Shown here in pieces: positions 11,889-23,151 of a DNA stretch of 42,907 nucleotides (the first letter of the stretch is position 1; the number at the start of each line of letters is the position of its first letter). Origin of the DNA: Atractiella rhizophila. Lineage: Eukaryota. Below the pieces are notes generated by a model that was not told the DNA's origin, did no database searches, and was given only the letters and a program-made list of their open reading frames with translations. The stretch covers positions 7,989 through 50,895 of the forward strand of contig MU271521.1 in the NCBI GenBank assembly GCA_021432655.1, read 5' to 3'. The position numbers and the translations under genes were made by a program.

Positions 11889-14620
11889 ATGGATTCTTCA
11901 TCTGCGACAGAATCAACGACAGGTCTGCTCCAGAAACTGGAATCTTGTACGCGTTTTCTACGAGTTATAGCTAAGACTGATCTTTAAAAGTGCAGTTTCT
12001 GGCGCGTAACACTGAAGTTAAGGCAGCAATTGACGAGGTTTTGAACGTAATACAGGCGAGAAATGAGCTGCTGGACGAGCAAGAATTGGAAAGAGGGTGG
12101 CATGTTGTGGTTTCAGAGAGATTCAGTGCGTTTCTATTATATCAGAAGGCAGGAAGAAGTTGAAGGGAACTGTCAACGCATGCTGTACAACTGGCAGCAT
12201 CTATTCAGGCTGTTGACTCGCAGCGTTACTAGAGTGCAATATAAAATCATTTTATCTCCAATCCGGCGCGTTACATATTATGTGTAGCTAACTATGAATC
12301 TCATGCCTAGTCTCGCGACATCAGCTGCGTCTCATCCCTTTGCTTCGTCCCTCCGCCTCAGTCCCGCGGACCGTTCCAATGTTAATCCTTTCTCGCATCG
12401 GGCGTACCTCACGTTCACCATGGCTAAAGTACACTGTCCAGCAAGCGATGTTGCGGTGGTTGGTACAAACGTACGAATGGTGGAGTACCTCCGCGAGGAT
12501 GGTCGTAGATCGGTTGTATTGTGCCGTATTCAGATGCTTGCAGATGGAAGAGTGTCGAAGGGATTCGTTCGCTTTGCTTTGGTTAATTACAAGAAAGGAA
12601 CACATTCTGCATTATCGCGTTCGTTATCTGTGAGTCCTCCTTAATTCCTTATGGACATGAAGATGACTATCAGTGTTTGACACCAGACTTACTCTAAGGA
12701 TGAATGGATGTCAAGACAGCGAGCTGGATCTCCTCCTTCGTCTATATGCTGAATACATCGATGAGCCGATCTTCTTCCAGTACCCATTTCGCCCATACCC
12801 CATAGTCTTCCCTGTACGTCGCAGGCTTGTTCTTTTCATTACTAGTCTAACCTCAAAATAGTATCCAGACCCTCGTTGGAGAGAAGGAGTTCTTAAATCG
12901 CGCTCATGTGAGGTGGAGAATGTGAGAGCGTTCCTTGTCGGCGCAACCTCAGATGCTTACAACAAATATCAGCCAAGTCGGTCTCTCTGCATCTTTCTAG
13001 GGTTACCGTGGAAAACCTCAAATGAGGCACTTCTGAGAATAGTCCACGGGTACCGGACAGATAGTATGCCTTCCCTTCATCAGAATTCAGACTCACAAAT
13101 AACGCAGGGGCAATTCGTCTGCGACTGTCGGTGTGGTTTGCGGAACAGCTACTCTCATCACAACGCTGGGAGTTTAAGAGCCCATTTGGGAACGGCGGAA
13201 GAGAGGCGACCTTTGAGCTTTTAAAAGACTTGGTTGAAGTGAATGGCTTTCTGTTTGAAGGGCTGGAGAACCAGCTGTCACAGGCATTGAGAACAGCACA
13301 GGACGACTTTTGGCAGACACGGATCCTGGACCTCTTACCTTGGCTGAAACCTATGCCTCTTGCCAGTACGTCTATCTATGTTACTACAGCACCATATCCT
13401 CACAGCCTTGTAGCGCTCGTCCAACTGTTTCTTGATCGACTGGTCTCATTAAGTAAACTGGCGCCTCTAGCTGACCACATCAGGTTTCTGGAAGCTTTGA
13501 ATCGCCTCATCGAAAATTGGGCATCATACGAACTCCCTAGAAGTACCACAGCTCCCGAACGGTGAGCCTAGCACTAAGCAATAGCGATGATGTATTCAAA
13601 TTGATGGATAGAAACAAGTTCGTCGCTGAACTGGCGCAAAACATTGAAGAAATTTCGAAGGAGGTCCAAAGACTGAGCACACTTTGCTTGTTGGTGAAGC
13701 TGTCCATGTGTCTTGCTGCCTTCGCTCATCAAAAACTAGGAGCATCCTCACTCTCTGCGGTTACGGTATACAATGCTCTCCTTTTACAACACAGTATCAC
13801 AAATCCCCTCAATATGGTCTATCCCCTCCATCACAATTCCAGACCAGACAATAGCCTACGCTTCCTTGACTTCTGACATTGGTCAGCTCTCGTTGCTCCT
13901 TGCAACTTTGAATCGCATGAAGGAAACCTTTCAAAGCGGGAGCCATGACCTACGGACCCGACAACAAGCCCTTGTGAACGAATTTAATGGCCTTCTTTCA
14001 GCGGTGATAGACGGCCTGTGGAGGGACAAGATGTGGATGAAGGCAGATGGTAAGATCCATCCTCCTGTCGCGACTTCGTAAGTTTTGGTCTTTTTTTTGT
14101 GGAGTCCTTCTGAAGAACTGTAGGACGGAAGTGGATTGCTATGAAAGACTGATGCAGACACGTGGACAATCTGGCGACATCGTTCTCGGCGTTTCAAGTT
14201 CCTCTGTATATCTTGCCTTGGTAAATCAGTTTATCAAGGTCTGTGTCTTACAGCGTATTATCCGATTTACTCATTGGCATCACTTTTCTAGGAATTTCAA
14301 GCGAAGGCGCACATCACAGCAATTGCAGACAGCTTACCTCTACGAATTGTGGACAAAGAGCTGGCTGCACACCTCAGACTCACCGTTTGTCTCTCTGTTT
14401 TGGACTTGCGCCGTTTGATTGAAGTTCCCAGGCTTCCGCAGAAGGTAAAACAACTCCGTACCGACATTTTCGAGTTGCGTTTGTGGATTGGTTGTCAAAA
14501 TCTATGGATTTGCCGGCTACAGAGCTTTTCTGTGCTAGCTTAATTAAGCATTGGGGGAAGTATAAGTTGGCTGTTGTGACTTGGATTGGTCCTTCGACGC
14601 CAGGTCCTAGTTCCACATGA
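11889..14620 (+). CDS. mis6: Inner kinetochore protein CENP-I/Mis6/Ctf3 homologue, multi-exon (ends approximate)
   Basis: QQAMLRWLVQTYE...LYCAVFRCL...FALLWLITRKEHILHYRVRYL resembles the Mis6 core (LLKWLI..YD; LITRRKHV.PFRI); C-terminal FRVAFVDWL. Confidence 0.78.
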
Positions 14621-15240
14621 TATTTCTAACCTTCCAACATCGTTCCCATTTATTGGCGTTGACAGCCGGTGAGCATGATCCAGTAGGACTCCGATGATTT
14701 ATTGTTCAATGGTTCTTGTGTCTGGATTCGATGTCCCGGGAAGAAAGGACGTTTGAATGGTTCACCTCCAAAGCCGAATTTGATCGTTATGTAAGTTAAT
14801 TTCGAGTGCCAAAACTTGACACTGAAAGATGCTGTAATCTATTCCAAAGAATTCTTTAAACAAAGGCATATTCCCTTCCTACAATTCTGCTGCTCATTGG
14901 CAAGTATTATAGTTACCAGTTTATTGGCCGGCAATCCTCTTTAGTTGCTTGCGTGCCTTGTACTACCTCGACGATCTGCAAGCGACTTCACACTCAACAG
15001 TTCTCATGCTCAAGAATTGGTATGGAATGAGAGTTCCAAAGAAGAACTCGGCAATTACTGACTTCCTACGACAGGCGTTCTATCCCTTGATATTACATGT
15101 ATGAGCTTCCACAGGGCGAAAAAAGTCAACTCAATGAACGGATTAAAAGATCAAAAGTGAATATGACCATCAAAGATCGTCAAATACAAAGTAGCAAAGT
15201 ATACAGGTGATCATGTCCTGAAAGGAACAAAGTCTATACA

Positions 15241-16137
<897 letters not shown>

Positions 16138-17677
16138 ACAGAAGACTATTATGATTGCGCCTCATGTTGTCTCATGCTCGGTTGGTTGACCGCACTCTCA
16201 GAGCACAGTCGGTGGTCACACTGTCATCTTGCCACAAAGAATCAACTTTGCAGAAGAACGCTTAAACAGTCCCTTTATGACGCTCGGATGACATAGGGAA
16301 AGGAATCATCTTCAATATCTGTCGTGTCCGACGCCATTCATACCTCGATAAGTTGTTACTTTCACACCTTGACAACACGGAAGTCTTCGGTGAGAGCATG
16401 CATGACCATGGACCAAAGCATCCACAGTAAAGTAGTAAAGTGAGAATATTCCATGAGGAAGAAATGAGCAACCTCGTTACAGCATACCTTGATTGAAGAT
16501 ACGTTGGGTAAGGGCCGGTGCCATTCAGAACCAATGACAAGGTGACGGAAATAAATGAAGTATCCACCCAATTAGTTACAATGTCGGATGACTGTCGCAA
16601 CAGGACAATAAGTTGCCAGCCTGCAGTAAGGGGTTTGAATGGCAAAGCAACAGAGCATTTTCGGCAGCACACATGGCAAGACATCATCATCAAGAGAGCA
16701 AGCACACATTGGATATCTATTTTGCGCCAGATAGTTCTGATGAATGACGTCGCCAAACCAGATTTCAGTCAGCTGGAAGTGATCATTTTCAGAAACCAAT
16801 GACATGAATATAAGCGCCGCGTCAATTTCGGCATGGAGGAATGCAACATGACAAGTGTGCAGGAACAGGGGTCGCACATGTTCTCCATTGCAATCCTCCA
16901 TGTCGATAGGGAACGCTAAGATAACAGCATCTAGGCGAATATTGAAGGGGTATACCTGTCAGAACCATTGCTTCAAAGCATGTTGCAGCTATTCCCGCAG
17001 GAAAGCCGATTTTCCTTCAGCATAAAGATGCAAAGAACTGACTGATGGAGCAGGTTGCCATCTGGCAACCCATTAGGGAGAGCAGGGTCCATCGTCCTCA
17101 ACATGTCAAATGGGCAAGATGCATCCTTGCGAGCAAACAGGGCATCTCTCTCCTCCAGCTCCTAACTTTCATCCACATTGGAGGTTGACTCCGCGGCATG
17201 AGAAGGGAGTACGTACATAGTCCCAAGTAGCCATTTATCTACGCTCCTAGCTATCCTATCCAGGAATAAGAGATTCTAATCGTAATACACAGTGCGAGTG
17301 TGAGATTGGGTAAGTGTGACAAGCTCGCGGCGGGTGCAGCTCCGTCACACGAACGTCCCGGGCGGCGGGGAGGAGCTCCGCCAGCCAGCCATTCAGCCAA
17401 CTCGGCGACCGAGACAGCCGGAAGTAGCCGCCGAGTATTTTGATATGTTGGAGCGGTCGCCGAGTTGAGTTCTGCCAGTTAGACCGTTGGTTCGAAACTA
17501 GCTAAAAGGCAATTTATAGTTTTTCCCTATTCAGCCCAGGCCAACAAGGTCCTTTCGTTGGACTTTGCTCAGAAATAAACAAACAGTATGTCCCGGCTTC
17601 CTCAAAAAGGTCAGCGGCATATTCGGATGCTCGAATGAACATTGTCCGCCGCAGTGCAACACCTTCCACAACCATGC

Positions 17678-17740
17678 TTTACGTAATTGCTTTCCTAGGC
17701 CATTCCCTCGCCATCCACTCAACATTTGTTCCTCTATAAA
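17678..17740 (+). promoter_or_regulatory. Cyanase A1 promoter: TTTACGTAATTG (bZIP-type palindrome) plus TATAAA
   Basis: Motif 17678-17689 and TATA 17735-17740; same 12-mer upstream of all four cyanase copies. Confidence 0.55.
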
Positions 17741-17795
17741 GGTCAAGACATTCCTTTCCAGTTTCTCGCTCAAGTCCTTCGAATATTAAACGGAA

Positions 17796-18511
17796 ATGAC
17801 TGTCCCTACCTACGTTACAGTTGTGAAAGATTTGGGAGTCGCGCACCAGTCGCTGCATGCAGCAAAGGCTGCGAAGGGTTCGTTCTCGTTGCTTGGGACA
17901 TTGAGAATGAAACTAAGGGAAGAATGGAAGGTCTCACTTATGCACAGATTGGCGAGAAGATAGGACACGCGGAGGTTTTCGTTGCTTCGATCTTCTTTGG
18001 ACAGGCCCGTCCTAGTATGGAAGATCTGCAGAAGCTGTCGACTGTGCTTGACATCCCGTTTGAGGTATGCTTTTTCACTGTGACGCTTTATCAAAGAGCT
18101 TTCGAGGATCCAATCGCATGTATAGAACCTGAAGAACGAGCTCGGAGAGCACTATTGGCCCTCTCGAGGATTCGGTGAGATGCCGCCGAGGGACCCTTTG
18201 CTCTATCGCTTGTATGAAAGTGCGTGTGCCTCCTGTCCTGTTTATTTCCACATAATCTTTGACTGGTTTGTGACACAGTGATCCAAATTTTTGGGTGGCC
18301 ATTGAAAGCTGTCATCAACGAAAAGTTCGGGGATGGGATCATGAGTGCCATCGACTTCCGCGCTACTGTAGATAAGGTGTACGTCGTCTCTGTCATGCAA
18401 GTCCTGAAGAAACCAAAGGATGACAACCGTAAATCGTTTAGGCAAGAGCAAGGTGCAGATAGAGTGCAGATTACGCTGAACGGGAAGTGGCTGAAGCACT
18501 CTGTTTATTAA
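17796..18511 (+). CDS. CYN1: Cyanase (cyanate hydratase) copy A1, 5 exons
   Basis: Exons 17796-17877, 17931-18064, 18126-18219, 18279-18378, 18442-18511; [14 protein letters not shown]...FFGQA...[40 protein letters not shown]...ITLNGKWL; catalytic Arg, Glu and Ser present. Confidence 0.96.
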
Positions 18512-19319
18512 ATTGTAATGCAGAAAGTGTGAAGTGTGAGAACAGTGACAAGTTGATAGGATGTAAATCATGCAAAGAAATACAATTAGATTTGACTGAG
18601 TTGTTGACGGAGAAAGAGAGTGCGATGAACAGAAGCCAAGGGTAATAATGCTTATGCAAATGCAAGAGGGGCACATACAATTTATGCGCCCGTTCTATGA
18701 CTGATGCGCTCTGACGAGTAAGAAATTCTGCGGATCGCACTGCTAAGAAGCGAAAATATATGTAGACATACAAACCTCTTAGAAAGGAGAGGCGGAATGA
18801 TGATAAAACTGCTGGGCAATGAAAATTAACATGAGTTGCTTTCCTTAGTTCGGTGAGGCGTGGATGCCATAGCATCTCCTAATACCGCTACTACATATTG
18901 ACACAATATAACTGTCAGGGCAATTGATACTGCAGCCATACTAGGCTGCAGCTGTTCGTGCTGGATAACCGCTCGTGTTCACGCAAACGACAGACAGAAG
19001 GCGGAGAATACTGAAAGAAATGGTGAAGAGCATGCTGTGCTCTGGCCCACCGTCTCATAACACACAAGCAGAAGTAGACTCGTTCTGCGAGTGCGAAAAA
19101 AAATGGGACACTTCTGACTCGCCATTTTGTCATTGAAATTGCACTGGGTGGTGCCCTAAATCCCACGGAAGTAGATTACATACGTAGTCCTAGATACATA
19201 GCCATTCACACTCCTGACCATCGTGTCCAGCTATCAGTTTATCGTCGGTTATGAGTTGTTGAGTTGTTTTGATTGTCTTGCCGTGCCCCCCGTGAGGGGT
19301 CGATCAGCTGGTAAAACAA

Positions 19320-19367
19320 TTTACGTAATTGATATCTTCCCCTCATTACCAATCCTGCTTTATAAAA
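19320..19367 (+). promoter_or_regulatory. Cyanase B promoter: TTTACGTAATTG plus TATAAAA (identical copy at ~22114-22161)
   Basis: Motif 19320-19331, TATA 19361-19367. Confidence 0.55.
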
Positions 19368-19420
19368 GGCTTTCCTGTCCGATTTCTGCTAGAGTTACTT
19401 TCGAATCTCTAGTAAAGAAA

Positions 19421-19717
19421 ATGGCTGTTCCCAACTACGTTACTGTTGTGAAAGATTTAGGAAATGCACACCAGACGCTGCATGCTGCAAAGGCGGCTAA
19501 AGGTTCGCTCTCACCAACATGAAGTCCGGTTGAATTGACTGATTGTGTATGGATGGAAAGGTCTTACTTATGCCCAGATTGGTGAAAAGATAGGACATGA
19601 TGAGGTTTTCGTTGCAGCTGTCTTCTTTGGGCAGGCGCGCGCCTCAGCTGAAGACCTGCAGAAGCTCTCAACAGTGCTTGATATCCATATCGAGGTATGG
19701 ACCATCAACGTTCCCTT
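19421..19717 (+). pseudogene. Cyanase copy B1, 3'-truncated in intron 2 by the duplication junction
   Basis: Exons 1-2 match B2 ([14 protein letters not shown]...VLDIHIE); sequence switches to the unit-2 start at 19718; catalytic exons missing. Confidence 0.92.
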
Positions 19718-22512
19718 TGTTGCAGCTATTCCCGCAGGAAAGCCGATTTTCCTTCAGCATAAAGATGCAAAGAACTGACTGATGGAGCGGGTTGCCATCT
19801 GGCAACCCATTAGGGAGAGCAGGGTCCATCGTTCTTAACATGTCAAATGGGCAAGATGCATCCTTGGAAGCAAACAGGGCATCTCTCCTCCAACTCCTAA
19901 CTTTCATCCAACATTGGAGGTTGACTCCGCGGCATGCCCCTCGTCCAAAGGGAGTACGTACATAGTCCCAAGTAGCCATTTATCTACGCTCCTAGCTATC
20001 CTATCCAGGAATAAGAGATTCTAATCGTAATACACGCTGCGAGTGTGAGATTGGGTAAGTGTGACAAGCTCACGGGTACAGCTCCGTCACACGAACGTCC
20101 CGGGCGGCGGGGAGGAGCTCCGCCAGCCAGCCATTGAGCCAACTCGGCGACCGAGACAGCCGGAAGCAGCCGCCGAGTATTTTGATATGCTGGATCGGTC
20201 GCCGAGTTGAGTTCTGACAGTTTGCCTGTTGATTCCAAACTAGTTAAAAGGCAATTTATAGTTTTTCCCTATTCAGCCCACGCCAACAAGGTCCTTTCGT
20301 TGGACTTTGCTCAGAAATAAAACAACAGTCTGACCCGGCGCCTTCAAAAGGTCAGCGGCAGATTCGGATGCTCGAATGAACATTGTCCGCCGCAGTGCAA
20401 CACCTTCCACAACCATGCTTTACGTAATTGCTTTCCTAGGCCATTCCCTCGCCATCCACTCAACATTTGTTCCTCTATAAAGGTCAAGACATTCCTTTCC
20501 AGTTTCTCGCTCAAGTCCTTCGAATATTAAACGGAAATGACTGTCCCTACCTACGTTACAGTTGTGAAAGATTTGGGAGTCGCGCACCAGTCGCTGCATG
20601 CAGCAAAGGCGGCGAAGGGTTCGTTCTCGTTGAATGGGACATTGAGAATGAAACTAATGGAAGAATGGAAGGTCTCACTTACGCACAGATTGGCGAGAAG
20701 ATAGGACACGCGGAGGTTTTCGTTGCTTCGATCTTCTTTGGACAGGCCCGTCCAAGTGTCGAAGATCTGCAAAAGCTGTCGACTGTGCTTGACATCCCAT
20801 TTGAGGTATGCTTTTTCACTGTGACGCTTTATCAAAGAGCTTTCGAGGATCAAATTTCGTGTATAGAACCTGAAGAACGAGCTCGGAGAGCACTATTGGC
20901 CCTCTCGAGGATTCGGGGAGATGCCGCCGAGGGACCCTTTGCTCTATCGCTTGTATGAAAGTGCGTGTGCCTCCTGTCCTGTTTATTTCCACATAATCTT
21001 TGACTGGTTTGTGACACAGTGATCCAAATTTTTGGGTGGCCATTGAAAGCTGTCATCAACGAAAAGTTTGGTGATGGGATCATGAGCGCCATCGACTTCC
21101 GCGCAACTGTGGATAAGGTGTACGTCGTCTCTGTCATGCAATTCCTGAAGAGACCAAAGGATGACGACCGTAAATCGTTTAGGCAAGAGCAAGGCGCAGA
21201 TAGAGTGCAGATTACGCTGAACGGGAAGTGGCTCAAGCACTCTGTTTATTAAATTGTAATGCAGAAGTGTGAAAGTGTGAGGAACACAGTGACAAGTTGA
21301 TAGGATGCGAATCATGTAAAAGAAATACAATTCGATTTGACTGAGTTGTTGACGGAGAAAGAGAGTGCGATGAAACAAAAGCCAAGCGTAATAATGGTGA
21401 TGCAGATGCAAGAGGGGCACATAGAATTTATGCGTCCGTTCTATGACTGATGCTCTGCTGCTCCAGTCAGAAATGGTCAATTCCTCAGTCTTTGAAGTTT
21501 TGCGTAAATCGCTGGTTGTGAGGACGAGTAAGAAATTCTGCGGATCGCACTGCTAAGAAGCGAAAATATATGCAGACATACAAACCGCTTAGAAAGGAGA
21601 GGAGGAATGATGATAAAATTGCTGGGCAATGAAAATCAACATGAGTTGCTTTCCTTAGTTCGGTGAGGCGTGGATGCCATAGCATCTCCTAATATCGCTA
21701 CTACATATTGACACAATATAACTGTCAGGGCAATTGATACTGCAGCTGTTCGTGCTGGATAACCACTCGTGTTCACGCAAACGACAGACAGAAGGCGGAG
21801 AATACTGAAAGAAATGGTGAAGAGCATGCTGTGCTCTGGCCCACCGTCTCATAACACACAAGCAGAAGTAGACTCGTTCTGCGAGTGCGAAAAAAAATGG
21901 GACACTTCTGACTCGCCATTTTGTCATTGGAATTGCACTGGGTGGTGCCCTAAATCCCACGGAAGTAGATTACATACGTAGTCCTAGATACATAGCCATT
22001 CACACTCCTGACCATCGTGTCCAGCTATCAGTTTATCGTCGGTTATGAGTTGTTGAGTTGTTTTGATTGTCTTGCCGTGCCCCCCGTGAGGGGTCGATCA
22101 GCTGGTAAAACAATTTACGTAATTGATATCTTCCCCTCATTACCAATCCTGCTTTATAAAAGGCTTTCCTGTCCGATTTCTGCTAGAGTTACTTTCGAAT
22201 CTCTAGTAAAGAAAATGGCTGTTCCCAACTACGTTACTGTTGTGAAAGATTTAGGAAATGCACACCAGACGCTGCATGCTGCAAAGGCGGCTAAAGGTTC
22301 GCTCTCACCAACGTGAAGTCCGGTTGAATTGACTGATTGTGTATGGATGGAAAGGTCTTACTTATGCCCAGATTGGTGAAAAGATAGGACATGATGAGGT
22401 TTTCGTTGCAGCTGTCTTCTTTGGGCAGGCGCGCGCCTCAGCTGAAGACCTGCAGAAGCTCTCAACAGTGCTTGATATCCATATCGAGGTATGGACCATC
22501 AACGTTCCCTTT
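19718..22512 (+). repeat. Tandem segmental duplication, unit 2 (~2.79 kb)
   Basis: Near-identical to 16981-19717 with substitutions and small indels (e.g. ~65 nt extra near 21460-21525). Confidence 0.97.
20537..21252 (+). CDS. CYN1: Cyanase copy A2, 5 exons
   Basis: Same structure as A1; one amino acid difference (PSME vs PSVE). Confidence 0.96.
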
Positions 22513-22949
22513 TTATACAATCGTTTGATGGATTATTTGCCAAGGATAGAGCCTGAAGAAGGAGCTTGGAGAGCACTATTGGCCTGCAAGAGGATTGGGA
22601 GAGATGCCTCCCAAAGATCCATTAATCTACCGTCTGTACGAAAGTGCGTTTTCTCCCTTTCTGTTTCTTGCTTTATTATTCGATAAAATTGGCTTAACTC
22701 CCTTGTGCTACAGTTGTTCAAGTTTTCGGTTGGCCGTTGAAAGCTGTCATCAACGAAAAGTTCGGGGATGGGATCATGAGTGCCATCGATTTCCGTGCGA
22801 CGGTGGATAAGGTGTATGTTGTCCCCTCTTTCTACGCAGCTTCAGGTGACCAAGTGATGATGATGACAAAATGGTTCAGACAAGAGCAAGGCGCGGATCG
22901 GGTACAGATCACGCTGAACGGAAAGTGGCTCAAGCACACAACTTGGTGA
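22215..22949 (+). CDS. CYN1: Cyanase copy B2 (diverged paralogue), 5 exons
   Basis: MAVPNY...[69 protein letters not shown]; same intron positions as A. Confidence 0.96.
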
Positions 22950-23151
22950 AATTGCCGTTGAGGAAACACCAGTGCGAAATGGTTCCGCCTAGCATAAATA
23001 GGCAGGTTGATGCGATGTAACTCATGTAAATTGTAAAGTTGTGCTTGAATTCACAGACGAAACTGCGACTTGCGATGAAGAATTAAAATGACAGACCAAG
23101 TTCAATTTTGTGACAATCCATCGCTCCACATTGTAATTTGTCTCCTTAAAA

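Larger units (their letters stand above)
16981..19717 (+). repeat. Tandem segmental duplication, unit 1 (~2.74 kb)
   Basis: tgttgcagctattcccgcagg at 16981 recurs at 19718; colinear similarity up to accatcaacgttccctt. Confidence 0.97.

Noticed and set aside
16262..17200. Overlapping ORFs between Rab and cyanase as a carbonic anhydrase or other gene
   Set aside because: No beta-CA CxDxR/HxxC or other recognisable motif; frames are interrupted; at most a decayed relic
17300..17470. HDV-like, twister or hammerhead ribozyme, SRP RNA or TPP riboswitch
   Set aside because: Required core motifs and pseudoknot pairings could not be built by hand; kept only as an unclassified structure
17726..18178. 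Listed 150-aa ORF (and 20467-20958) as a separate gene
   Set aside because: It is cyanase exon 2 plus read-through into introns and UTR
18710..18730. CTGACGAG...GAAA hammerhead-like core
   Set aside because: No stem II between the motifs, and it is disrupted by an indel in unit 2
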